Part shown: positions 32,438 through 42,589 of the stretch, piece after piece
How the letters are laid out: every line of letters begins with the position of its first letter
Numbering within the stretch: the first letter of the stretch is position 1
From: Escherichia coli
GTDB taxonomy: Bacteria; Pseudomonadota; Gammaproteobacteria; Enterobacterales; Enterobacteriaceae
NCBI RefSeq assembly: GCF_044324875.1
Contig: NZ_CP172185.1
DNA: 64,000 bases
Reading direction: 5' to 3' (one strand)
Made by a program: the position numbers and the translations under genes
Notes under the pieces: generated by a model
The model's database searches: none
What the model was told of the DNA's origin: nothing
The model's input: only the letters and a program-made list of their open reading frames with translations

Positions 32438-33190
32438 TCACTGAGCTGTAATCAATGTACAGCGCTGTACCGGGCGATGGGTAATACCGGTCACAACCGG
32501 TAACCCCAGAGACAATGCAACTGTTTTTAACGCAATATACTGGCCGGATGTATCACCCCGGGCAGCCTGAAAACACCTTTCCACCCGGCATTGTCCGTCA
32601 GCACTTATCACCCGCCATGTCTGTTGCAATAAATCCACCCGTTGCGAACATTCTTCATCAACCGTGGCACTGACCCGTGGATGGCAAATGCTCGTCTGGC
32701 TGAGCAGCAACAGGCATCGCATTGTTGCTCCTCCATGTTGTTCCCGCAACCAGCGTAATACCACCGGTGGTGCTGGACTGGCCGTGTGATTACGTTCAGT
32801 AATACGCTCGTGCACCTGTCGGTAAAAGGAAGTACAGAATGCATGAATCTGTTGTCCGTTGATGTTTCCTTCTGCCGAATGGAGTGTGAAGTGGACGGCC
32901 AGCAGACGCGGCCAGTGATCCACCGCCTGCTGAATAAAACGCCGGATTTCCACCGGCTCTGAAAGTACGGTTTCGGTTATTTGCACGATTTGATCCCCTT
33001 GAATGTTGCTGAACCGGTGTCGGTACGCAGGAAAGCACGCCGAGACCGGTACGATGCCTGTTACAGCGAAGAACGAGGAATGACAGACGGGGGCAGCAGG
33101 TCGCCAGCACCAGGGACAGGGCTGATTTCCACAATACCAACGCTGGTATTTTGCACATTGCCAGCGTACCGGCATTACAACACGTTTCAT
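32438..33190 (-). CDS. Island protein, possibly YfjJ/YagK (inovirus Gp2-like) family
   Basis: Start taken at MKRVVMPV (ATG 33188-33190), overlapping the alpA stop as ATGA; DHWPRLLAVHFTLHSAEG resembles the YfjJ-family core. Confidence 0.4.
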   Translation of the reverse strand: MKRVVMPVRWQCAKYQRWYCGNQPCPWCWRPAAPVCHSSFFAVTGIVPVSACFPAYRHRFSNIQGDQIVQITETVLSEPVEIRRFIQQAVDHWPRLLAVHFTLHSAEGNINGQQIHAFCTSFYRQVHERITERNHTASPAPPVVLRWLREQHGGATMRCLLLLSQTSICHPRVSATVDEECSQRVDLLQQTWRVISADGQCRVERCFQAARGDTSGQYIALKTVALSLGLPVVTGITHRPVQRCTLITAQ

Positions 33191-33423
33191 GCGGCGACTC
33201 CCCGTGATGCTTCGATGCGCTGCTGCATCCACTGCTCCACTTCGCTTCTGTACCAGCGGCTGCTGCGGCCCAGTTTGATGGGTTTAGGGAAATGGCCTTC
33301 ACTGATCAGCTTGTAAAACCATTTGTCGGTCATACCAGTGAAGCTGGTGATGTAGTTCATGTCGATCAGGGGATCGTCGGCACGCAGCAATACGCTGTCG
33401 TGACCTGTCATTGAGGTCAACAT
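33187..33423 (-). CDS. alpA: AlpA-family phage/island regulatory protein (excisionase-like HTH)
   Basis: 78 aa; LIDMNYITSFTGMTDKWFYKLISEGHFPKPIKLGRSSRWYRSEVEQWM matches the AlpA/MerR-type HTH pattern. Confidence 0.75.
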   Translation of the reverse strand: MLTSMTGHDSVLLRADDPLIDMNYITSFTGMTDKWFYKLISEGHFPKPIKLGRSSRWYRSEVEQWMQQRIEASRGVAA

Positions 33424-33491
33424 GGTCAGAATGTCCTCTGTGAGATTTATGAATGTTGGGCAAATGCGGGTGAATCTGCTGAGCTGAGCTT

Positions 33492-34064
33492 TCAGAGCTG
33501 GCCTGCTACGGGATACCAGGGATTACCGGCGAGGTAACGGGCTTCCGGATCGCGCACACCACGACGATCGCGGGCGAAATCACTGAACGCCCATATCAGC
33601 TCTTTGAGTCTCTCTTCGCAGTCCGGTGAACGGGGATCCAGCAGCACATCCCGGGTAATCTGCTTCTGGTACGGTGCCGCTTCACCCGGTGACGCGAAGC
33701 CCAGTACGTTGCTCCAGGCATCCAGAATCAGCCGATCCAGTTCAGGGCCGTCGAAATATTCCTCCCTGACGCACAGCACCACGTGGTATTCCGGTTTTTC
33801 AGGATGACGAGTCAGGAGCCAGCAGAGATCACGTCCGGGGGTTGCATTCATCAGCGCACTGACGGTTTCGATAAAGGCCATACCGAACCAGGTTTTTCTG
33901 TCGCTGAAGATGTTGCCATGTTCCCCCGGCAGACGAAGCAGGATCCGCCGTATTCGGGAGCAGGGCTGCTCACGCAGCGCACGCTCAAGGACACCGATAA
34001 CTTTGCTCTGATAAGATGGCCAGAAGGGCGCCATGCTATAGTCGAAATAAGGGATAGCATTCAT
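33492..34064 (-). CDS. Island hypothetical protein, distantly YfjJ/YagK-like
   Basis: Start taken at MNAIPYFDY (ATG 34062-34064; track start is TTG); RIRRILLRLPGEHGN and YHVVLCVREEY segments. Confidence 0.4.
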   Translation of the reverse strand: MNAIPYFDYSMAPFWPSYQSKVIGVLERALREQPCSRIRRILLRLPGEHGNIFSDRKTWFGMAFIETVSALMNATPGRDLCWLLTRHPEKPEYHVVLCVREEYFDGPELDRLILDAWSNVLGFASPGEAAPYQKQITRDVLLDPRSPDCEERLKELIWAFSDFARDRRGVRDPEARYLAGNPWYPVAGQL

Positions 34065-34420
34065 AAGATATGTTCCGTTATACGCAGCCCACAACGCGTC
34101 CTGCCCGTGGATGCGCTGACGTGTTATGGCTTGCGTATGGGGTTGATGGAATAAGTGAAAAACCGCGGCAGAACGGGAAGATCAGGTAACCGACAAGGGA
34201 CAGAACACCGGATGCAGGTTCAGAATGAATGATCTCCGTTGACTTCGGTTCACATCATTAAGCAGGACAGTAAGGTTTTACCGACGGAGTGTTTCCAGGA
34301 GCGAAAGCAGAGAAAAATACCGTTGCATGACTTCAGGACGACTTTTTCAGAAAACGAGCTAAGGGCGTCAGCCAACGTCCTGTAGCATAAGCTCAGGCAC
34401 CGGATGTCGTTTTACAGGGC

Positions 34421-35152
34421 TCACCTGCCATCCAGTAGACGCCCCGGCCCACGACTGCAACCATAATTACGTTGCCCGGAACCGTTATGCAACTTCGTTT
34501 CATATTTCACGAGATAACTGGCTCTGTTCCGGGCTTTCTGCATCGCTTCCACATCACCACGCTTGACCCAGAGCACAGCGGATTCACCCGGCTTTTTGTC
34601 TGAAGCCTTCCTGGTATCAGAACATCCACCCGACAAAGGCGTATCATCGGAAGAAGGGCGAGCATCAGATGATGTCGGTTTACGGAAAGGCGTCCGCCTG
34701 GAAAAATGAACCAGTCCATTACCCTGCCAGGGCTCAAGATGCAGAGCACTACACCATGCCAGCTTGATCAGTGTCGCCAGCGAAGAAGGAACGGTGAAAT
34801 CCCCTGGCGAGCACCAGGTATCTTTGTTGAGCAGCAATATCACGTGATAATGTTTCCTGCCTTTTTCCTTGCCAAACTCCCGGCACCAGAAATAACGCAG
34901 AGTGGTTGCACGCACACGCTTGTTGGCACGTCGTTTTTTCCGCTGGTAAGCCTGAATTTTGGCTTTCAGGGATGCAAAAAAACGAGAAATCACCGCTGAA
35001 TCCGGATCGGGATCCATGATGGTGACAGGCATATACTCAGGGAAACGTAAATCCACCCGGATTAACGAGACGGCACGGTGCTGCGCCAGGGCACTGTCGA
35101 GAAGGCTGTCAAAACGGGATAACCAGTAAGCATTATGTATTGGTTGATTCAT
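34421..35152 (-). CDS. YfjJ/YagK-family (inovirus Gp2-like) island protein
   Basis: 243 aa, ATG 35150-35152; AVSLIRVDLRFPEYMP, RKHYHVILLLNKDTW. Confidence 0.6.
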   Translation of the reverse strand: MNQPIHNAYWLSRFDSLLDSALAQHRAVSLIRVDLRFPEYMPVTIMDPDPDSAVISRFFASLKAKIQAYQRKKRRANKRVRATTLRYFWCREFGKEKGRKHYHVILLLNKDTWCSPGDFTVPSSLATLIKLAWCSALHLEPWQGNGLVHFSRRTPFRKPTSSDARPSSDDTPLSGGCSDTRKASDKKPGESAVLWVKRGDVEAMQKARNRASYLVKYETKLHNGSGQRNYGCSRGPGRLLDGR

Positions 35153-36191
35153 GATGAGAGATCTCCGTTGATTTGGATTGACTTCACATCATTAATCACC
35201 GCAGTAAAACTTTACGGCGTCCTGTCATTAAGCAACACCAGTGGCTCCTGATTAGAACAGAATGAGTTTCCCACGAACAAAAAGACAAACCTACACGCAG
35301 GGTAAAAACACGCAACAACAGCATGAATGGATTTGAAAACAATATGGATGACGAAAAATGTCAAAAGTGAAACGGATCAACAGAACGTGCAAACAAAACG
35401 TCAGAAACGCAATCAGAGCACTTTCTGGCGCTGTGAATCAACAACAACACCAAAACCTACAGCTTAACCACATTACTCAATCACGAATGCGAATGACACG
35501 TTTAAAACCTGTTTACAGATAACGCCGTAACACGATCATCCCCATCACCATCAGAATCGATTTTCTCATCCCGAAAATGTTACGTTTCACTACGCACCAT
35601 AAAAACGATTAACCATCGATAACGTAAATCTCATCTGAATCAAAAAACCAAAACCAATCATCACACTTTCGCAATGCAAGAAGAAAAACCACATCATGAC
35701 GAAAACAATGACCTTACATGAAAAAGCAAAACGTCAGGAATCGTTAATGCCTCAATCTGATTGTTATCAAAACATCCAGAAAGTCGTTTAACAGAATCGT
35801 CGTAAGCACATCGAAAAGAACGTCAGATCACCTCAGGAAAGTTCGGGTTGATTTAGCGTAAAGATACTTTTCTCAGCTTAACGTCGAAACACAAACCAAA
35901 AACCACAAACAACCAAAGCTCAGGAAAGGTTAAACGTCACATCAGTAAAATCGAATAGCAGATTGATTGCTTAAACAGAAAGGTTTTACAGCAGCTTTAA
36001 ACTGATTTTAGCTAACGTAAAGATTTACTAAACTGGATGAGTTTCAGACAAAGCAATGTGTACAGCAATGCTTAATGAAAACACTTATAGGGCTGTTTAT
36101 GAAAACACGTGTATGTCTGGTAAAACACTTAGTAGAAAATACGTGTATAACACTTACTGAAATGCTTAGTAAAAATACTTAGTAAAATATG
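35153..36191. other. About 1 kb ORF-free, strongly A/C-skewed tract with short recurring motifs
   Basis: No track ORF of 60 aa or more on any frame; motifs aacgtcag (4 or more) and acgtaaa; dense acacttag/acacttac/tacttag plus acgtgtat repeats at 36100-36190 continuing after the IS2. Confidence 0.5.
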
Positions 36192-36282
36192 TAGACTGGC
36201 CCCCTGAATCTCCAGACAACCAGTATCACTTAAATAAGTGATAGTCTTAATACTAGTTTTTAGACTAGTCATTGGAGAACAG

Positions 36283-36648
36283 ATGATTGATGTCTTAGGG
36301 CCGGAGAAACGCAGACGGCGTACCACACAGGAAAAGATCGCAATTGTTCAGCAGAGCTTTGAACCGGGGATGACGGTCTCCCTCGTTGCCCGGCAACATG
36401 GTGTAGCAGCCAGCCAGTTATTTCTCTGGCGTAAGCAATACCAGGAAGGAAGTCTTACTGCTGTCGCCGCCGGAGAACAGGTTGTTCCTGCCTCTGAACT
36501 TGCTGCCGCCATGAAGCAGATTAAAGAACTCCAGCGCCTGCTCGGCAAGAAAACGATGGAAAATGAACTCCTCAAAGAAGCCGTTGAATATGGACGGGCA
36601 AAAAAGTGGATAGCGCACGCGCCCTTATTGCCCGGGGATGGGGAGTAA
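36283..36648 (+). CDS. insC: IS2 transposase OrfA (InsC)
   Basis: Identical translation to 8401-8766. Confidence 0.9.
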
Positions 36649-37511
36649 GCTTAGTCAGCCGTTGTCTCCGGGTGTCGCGTGCGCAGTTGCACGTCATTCT
36701 CAGACGAACCGATGACTGGATGGATGGCCGCCGCAGTCGTCACACTGATGATACGGATGTGCTTCTCCGTATACACCATGTTATCGGAGAGCTGCCAACG
36801 TATGGTTATCGTCGGGTATGGGCGCTGCTTCGCAGACAGGCAGAACTTGATGGTATGCCTGCGATCAATGCCAAACGTGTTTACCGGATCATGCGCCAGA
36901 ATGCGCTGTTGCTTGAGCGAAAACCTGCTGTACCGCCATCGAAACGGGCACATACAGGCAGAGTGGCTGTGAAAGAAAGTAATCAGCGATGGTGCTCTGA
37001 CGGGTTCGAGTTCCGCTGTGATAACGGAGAAAAACTGCGAGTCACGTTCGCGCTGGACTGCTGTGACCGTGAGGCACTGCACTGGGCGGTCACTACGGGC
37101 GGCTTCAACAGTGAAACAGTACAGGACGTCATGCTGGGAGCGGTGGAACGCCGCTTCGGCAACGAGCTTCCGGCGTCTCCAGTAGAGTGGCTGACGGATA
37201 ATGGTTCATGCTACCGGGCTAATGAAACACGGCAGTTTGCCCGGATGTTGGGGCTTGAACCGAAGAGCACGGCGGTGCGGAGTCCGGAGAGTAACGGCAT
37301 AGCAGAGAGCTTCGTGAAAACGATAAAGCGTGACTACATCAGTGTCATGCCCAAACCAGACGGGTTAACGGCAGCAAAGAACCTTGCAGAGGCGTTCGAG
37401 CATTATAACGAATGGCATCCGCATAGTGCACTGGGTTATCGCTCGCCACGGGAATATCTACGGCAGCAAGCCAGTAATGGGTTAAGTGATAACAGGTGTC
37501 TGGAAATATAG
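36606..37511 (+). CDS. insD: IS2 transposase OrfB (InsD)
   Basis: Identical translation to 8724-9629. Confidence 0.9.
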
Positions 37512-38227
37512 GGGCAAATCCAATATGTGTAGAATTATCTATTTAAAAAGATATGTATATAACACTTAATAAAAACATGTGTATATAGTATCATACCGAC
37601 ATTCTCAACATCTTCAGACTTCCATACATACTGGGTGTTGATTTCTCACTTTTACAGCCAGCATGGAGTTTTCTGTCCTAAAAACAGAGCAGATTTACTC
37701 TGGAATTATTTTTCTGCCCCCGTATTTCAGGCCCCAGAAAAGACAATCCGAAGCAAACCGTTTGTCAGCCTCCATATCATCTTTTACCCCCGGAAAGTGA
37801 TCGCGTTTTACAACCAGAATGACAGCCATACTGATTATGTCGTCTCCCGGCCCCCTTCACATATAACATGCATGTCTGTCATTGCTTACTGCTCCACATG
37901 ACCGGATTTCACATACAGGATGCACATTCAGTGTTTTTATCGCCACTATAACAGACAGATTACTGTCGTCTTTACTCTTCAGATTGTTAATCTGACCACA
38001 AGAACAGCCGAACGGCAAAACGCCCTCCACAAGGGGCACATGAACCATAGTTGATAGCATGTTTTTCCTAATCAAGGAATAGTTCAGGAATATTTTATTG
38101 CATTAATAACTGGCGAATAATCGTTCTGTGAACACAAAATGCTTTTATTTGTAAATTTTATTGCATTGCACTCGTTTTATTGATATGGGGTTTAATAACA
38201 GATAACCCGGAAAGAAGGAGAAAACAG

Positions 38228-39019
38228 ATGACATTACGGATTAACGATCAGGGGCGAGATAAACAGAATCAATTTTTATCGAAAAATGGAGAAAATCTGA
38301 ATTCGTTAAAATCGCGTCATGTGCAGGATAGGCATTTACCTGAATGGCTTAAGGATAAAGTTGCAGCATTCTGGTTTTGTCTGGTGATAAAGGATATGAA
38401 AGTGTCAGGGAGCAGTTACTATGAACTTACCATGCAACTTCCCACTTCTGAAGAATCTGTTTGCATCAGTAAGCTGTCATCCTCAACCCATGAGATTCGG
38501 CTGGAGATCATCAGGCGATGGATTGATAGTGTAGCACAGATAGAAACGGAAGCTTTTACTAAAAATCTCGTTGATGCCATCTATAAAAACTGGAAGGAAA
38601 TCGGGAACAAAAACCAGGCTACATGGCTTAAAAAAAATCCGGAACAACTCGAGTGGGCATGGAAATATATTAACATTCGTATTCCCGAGTCACATTTAAC
38701 CTGGTTTTGCCCCGTCAATAACGAAGAGAAACGCATTGCCATCTTAGCATTGCTTAAAATACTGTATCCCGGAGATATACCATGCCAGTACAACGACAAA
38801 GAGTTTCATGTCGGGATCTGCGCTGAAGAACATTTTTACAGAAGAATGCACGACGCTTTCAGAAAACAGTTTATCGACGGGAAAAAAGATAAACGGGTAC
38901 AAATTAACGTAAAGATATCACCGTCCGCAAAAAGCGCTCTGGACAGACTGACCAGAGCGAGGAAAACAACACAGCAGGCTATTCTGGAACAACTGATTCT
39001 GAACGGTAGACTGGATTAA
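38228..39019 (+). CDS. AT-rich orphan protein with C-terminal ribbon-helix-helix-like segment (function unknown)
   Basis: 263 aa from ATG 38228 with AAGGAG SD 7 nt upstream; C-terminus KRVQINVKISPSAKSALDRLTRARKTTQQAILEQLILNG has a strand-helix-helix pattern; no family recognised. Confidence 0.5.
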   Translation: MTLRINDQGRDKQNQFLSKNGENLNSLKSRHVQDRHLPEWLKDKVAAFWFCLVIKDMKVSGSSYYELTMQLPTSEESVCISKLSSSTHEIRLEIIRRWIDSVAQIETEAFTKNLVDAIYKNWKEIGNKNQATWLKKNPEQLEWAWKYINIRIPESHLTWFCPVNNEEKRIAILALLKILYPGDIPCQYNDKEFHVGICAEEHFYRRMHDAFRKQFIDGKKDKRVQINVKISPSAKSALDRLTRARKTTQQAILEQLILNGRLD

Positions 39020-40002
39020 CTTTCACTACTTCCACTCCTGGCAGTTTTCCTCTTTTTGTAGTGTCTCCCGGCTGCAGGCATCAGGTACTTTTCCGTCATT
39101 TCGTTGCAGAACTCTTCAATGTAGTTAATCAGCTTCTGGTGTGCTTTCACCTTTTCTTCCCCGGGGGACGCTTTCAGATAAATGTCCTCCTTTTCCACAA
39201 GTGTATTTATAAACTCTCCCGGACATCCCTGGTTATAAAGCAACGTGAAAAACAACACATTCCCCAGTCTCTCCAGTAACTGCGATTTAACCCTGTATTG
39301 TTGTTTGCTGAGGATTGATTGTTTTATAAAGCTTAGTCTTGTTAAAAGTTGTTCAAATCCCGGTTCCAGTTTAAAAACAGATTTTAATACCAGGGACTGA
39401 TACTCCTGATAAAAAAGTTCAAACGTCGGGGATGCAGACTGACGAACAGATTTGGCTACAACCCATGGACTAAATCCCATGATTGGGATTTCCTTCGCTC
39501 CCTCCAGCGCACTCAGAGGTAGTCCAGCAATCCATGCGTCCAGCTTAGCCGAATCAATATCCCCGCTCAAAACCTCATACAAACTGCCCGTGAACGGTTG
39601 AGTCGGTTTTTTTGTTGTTTTACCTTCTGATTGCCTGAATCCATCCACTTTTCTCCGGATATTACGCGGAATCAGCATAAAAGGCGGGACATTAAGTGAT
39701 AAACGTTTACCCGTCATACGATACCAGTGGCCCACCTCAACCTTAATCCGTGTATCTGGCCTTGTATCTGGCCTTGTATCTGGCCTTAGCTCAAGTGCTA
39801 TTATGTTAAGCAGGTACAGATAACGCACCGTATAACAGTCAAAATGTTTCTCCGGATCAAACGGCTCTGATCGTTCTCTGCACACAAGTCCGCTGCGCTT
39901 CAGTATTCGCTGGGTATCTTTCCAGGCCTTACTCTGAAGAATGGTGGTAACTCTGGCTTTATTAGCAATCTCACGCAGCGCATCACTTTGTTGTGCCGTC
40001 AT
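39016..40002 (-). CDS. AT-rich orphan protein with RPDT x3 repeat (function unknown)
   Basis: 328 aa from ATG 40000-40002 (track start 40017 is GTG) with GGAGGG SD; convergent with and overlapping the preceding gene by 4 bp. Confidence 0.5.
   Translation of the reverse strand: MTAQQSDALREIANKARVTTILQSKAWKDTQRILKRSGLVCRERSEPFDPEKHFDCYTVRYLYLLNIIALELRPDTRPDTRPDTRIKVEVGHWYRMTGKRLSLNVPPFMLIPRNIRRKVDGFRQSEGKTTKKPTQPFTGSLYEVLSGDIDSAKLDAWIAGLPLSALEGAKEIPIMGFSPWVVAKSVRQSASPTFELFYQEYQSLVLKSVFKLEPGFEQLLTRLSFIKQSILSKQQYRVKSQLLERLGNVLFFTLLYNQGCPGEFINTLVEKEDIYLKASPGEEKVKAHQKLINYIEEFCNEMTEKYLMPAAGRHYKKRKTARSGSSES
39751..39786 (-). repeat. 12-bp tandem repeat x3 inside the coding sequence (encodes RPDT-RPDT-RPDT)
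   Basis: tgtatctggcct at 39751, 39763, 39775. Confidence 0.85.
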
Positions 40003-40108
40003 CTCTTCCCTCCACACTTTGTCACTCCAGATTTTTTCACGTCCATATTACCTGAATGATAAACCGGATTAGTGTGATCCGGTTCAGCGAAATCAACAGG
40101 ATACCGGT

Positions 40109-40993
40109 ATGTCATTCAGCCATTCTTCCCTCTCTGCACAAGTGAAATCATATCTGACGTTTCTTCCTGAAGAAATTCGCCAGAAAATCCTTGAACATCT
40201 CCACGGTGTTATTCATTACGAGCCCGTGATTGGCATTATGGGTAAATCCGGCACAGGCAAAAGCAGCCTGTGTAATGCCATTTTTCAGTCCCATATCTGC
40301 GCCACGCATCCCCTGAACGGCTGCACCCGCCAGGCTCATCACCTCACCCTGCAGATCGGTGAACGCAGAATGACGCTGGTCGATCTGCCCGGCATTGGTG
40401 AGACACCGCAGCATGATCAGGAATACCGGGCACTTTATCATCAGTTGCTACCGGAACTGGATCTGATTATCTGGATCCTGCGGGCTGATGAACGTGCGTA
40501 TGCTGCCGATATTGCCATGCATCAGTTTTTACTGAATGAAGATGCCGATCCCTCGCGTTTTCTGTTTGTTCTCAGCCATGCCGATCGCGTGTTTCCTGCT
40601 GAAGAATGGAACGACACAGAAAAATGCCCGTCCCGTCAGCAGGAACTCTCACTGGCGACAGTAACAGCCCGGGTGGCCACCCTGTTCCCGTCATCATTTC
40701 CGGTACTCTCCGTTGCAGCGCCTGTCGGCTGGAATCTTCAGGCACTGGTGTCACTGATGATCCACGCACTGCCACCACAGGCAACCAGCGCGGTTTATTC
40801 GCATATCCGGAATGAAAAGCGCACTGCGCAGGATCAGCAACACGCACAGCAGGCTTTTGGTGACGCCATCGGCCAGAGTTTTGACGCTGCCATTGCCCGG
40901 TTCAGCTTTCCGGCCTGGATGCTGCAGCTTCTGCGCAAAGCCCGTGATCGCATTATCCGCCTGCTGATCACACTGTGGGATCGCCTGTTCTGA
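40109..40993 (+). CDS. YeeP/YfjP-family GTP-binding protein (island-associated GTPase)
   Basis: 294 aa; P-loop GIMGKSGTGKSS, DLPGIGE; MSFSHSSLSAQVKSYLTFLPEEIRQKILEHL. Confidence 0.8.
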   Translation: MSFSHSSLSAQVKSYLTFLPEEIRQKILEHLHGVIHYEPVIGIMGKSGTGKSSLCNAIFQSHICATHPLNGCTRQAHHLTLQIGERRMTLVDLPGIGETPQHDQEYRALYHQLLPELDLIIWILRADERAYAADIAMHQFLLNEDADPSRFLFVLSHADRVFPAEEWNDTEKCPSRQQELSLATVTARVATLFPSSFPVLSVAAPVGWNLQALVSLMIHALPPQATSAVYSHIRNEKRTAQDQQHAQQAFGDAIGQSFDAAIARFSFPAWMLQLLRKARDRIIRLLITLWDRLF

Positions 40994-41178
40994 ATGTCCC
41001 CGCTTTTTGACCGGCCCCGGCGATAACCAGGAAACGCATTTCCGGTTGCGTCACCACAATGCTGAAGGGCTTCGGTAAACCCTCATTCATTTCATCCATC
41101 AGGCCGCGTCTTCTCCGTGAGACGCGGCTTTTTCATTGATTACGTCATTCAGTCTTAACCACTGATAAGGAGCAAAGT

Positions 41179-41997
41179 ATGCGATTAGCCAGTCGTTTTG
41201 GTTATGCGAACCAGATACGCCGTGACCGTCCGCTGACCCGTGAAGAGCTGATGCACCATGTGCCCGGGATTTTCGGGGAAGATAAACACACCTCCCGGAG
41301 CCGGAACTATACATACATCCCCACCATCACCGTGCTGGAAAGCCTGCAGCGGGAAGGCTTTCAGCCATTCTTCGCCTGCCAGACCCGCGTACGTGACCCG
41401 GGTCGCCGGGGGTATACCAAACACATGCTGCGTCTGCGCCGTGACGGGGAGATAAACGGACAACATGTCCCTGAAATTATTCTGCTCAACTCTCATGACG
41501 GTACCTCCAGCTACCAGATGCTGCCGGGTTACTTCAGGTTCGTCTGCCAGAACGGATGCGTCTGCGGTCAGTCTCGGGGGGAAGTGCGTGTTCCGCACCG
41601 GGGAAATGTGGTGGACAGAGTCATTGAAGGGGCTTACGAGGTGGTGGGCGTGTTTGACCGGATAGAGGAGAAGCGTGATGCCATGCAGTCGCTGGTCCTG
41701 CCGCCACCGGCACGCCAGGCGCTGGCACAGGCGGCACTGACTTACCGTTATGGTGACGAACATCAGCCCGTCACCACCGCCGACATTCTGACACCACGAC
41801 GCCGGGAGGATTACGGTAAGGACCTGTGGAGTGCTTATCAGACCATCCAGGAGAATATGCTGAAAGGCGGGATTTCCGGTCGCAGTGCAAAAGGAAAACG
41901 TATCCATACCCGGGCCATTCACAGCATTGATACCGATATAAAACTCAACCGCGCATTGTGGGTGATGGCAGAAACGCTGCTGGAGAGCATGCGCTGA
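41179..41997 (+). CDS. DUF932-family protein (YfjQ/YafZ-like)
   Basis: 272 aa; assigned by length, position after the GTPase and recollection of the family. Confidence 0.65.
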   Translation: MRLASRFGYANQIRRDRPLTREELMHHVPGIFGEDKHTSRSRNYTYIPTITVLESLQREGFQPFFACQTRVRDPGRRGYTKHMLRLRRDGEINGQHVPEIILLNSHDGTSSYQMLPGYFRFVCQNGCVCGQSRGEVRVPHRGNVVDRVIEGAYEVVGVFDRIEEKRDAMQSLVLPPPARQALAQAALTYRYGDEHQPVTTADILTPRRREDYGKDLWSAYQTIQENMLKGGISGRSAKGKRIHTRAIHSIDTDIKLNRALWVMAETLLESMR

Positions 41998-42088
41998 TGC
42001 TGTTTCCCTGAAAGTGCAGCCCTGACTCACGTCTGTACCAGTCCCCAGGCATTCTTCCATTCATTTACTTTTTATAAGGAATCATCTC

Positions 42089-42574
42089 ATGACAACCTTT
42101 TCGCATAGCTCCACCACACCTTCTGTTTCCGCAACTACTGCATCAGGGAATAACCAGTCTCAACTGGTTGCCACTCCCGTCCCTGATGAACAGCGCATCA
42201 GCTTCTGGCCGCAGCACTTTGGCCTCATTCCACAGTGGGTGACCCTGGAGCCCCGTGTCTTCGGCTGGATGGACCGTCTGTGCGAAGACTACTGCGGTGG
42301 TATCTGGAATCTGTACACCCTGAACAACGGCGGGGCATTTATGGCCCCCGAACCGGATGATGATGATGACGAAACATGGGTACTGTTCAATGCCATGAAC
42401 GGTAACCGCGCTGAAATGAGCCCGGAAGCCGCCGGCATTGCCGCCTGTCTGATGACGTACAGTCATCACGCCTGCCGTACGGAGTGTTATGCCATGACGG
42501 TTCATTATTACCGTCTGCGGGATTACGCCCTGCAGCATCCGGAATGCAGCGCCATTATGCGCATCATTGACTGA
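42089..42574 (+). CDS. Antirestriction protein (ArdB/KlcA; YfjX/YafX-like)
   Basis: 161 aa with acidic D-rich patch (PEPDDDDDETW) and GGIWNLYTLNNGGAFMAPE. Confidence 0.7.
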   Translation: MTTFSHSSTTPSVSATTASGNNQSQLVATPVPDEQRISFWPQHFGLIPQWVTLEPRVFGWMDRLCEDYCGGIWNLYTLNNGGAFMAPEPDDDDDETWVLFNAMNGNRAEMSPEAAGIAACLMTYSHHACRTECYAMTVHYYRLRDYALQHPECSAIMRIID

Positions 42575-42589
42575 AAGGGGGCCGGAACA

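Larger units (their letters stand above)
36192..37522 (+). mobile_element. IS2 second copy, 1331 bp, 5-bp target-site duplication ATATG
   Basis: Same termini and identical InsC/InsD translations as the copy at 8310-9640; ATATG at 36187-36191 and 37523-37527. Confidence 0.95.
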
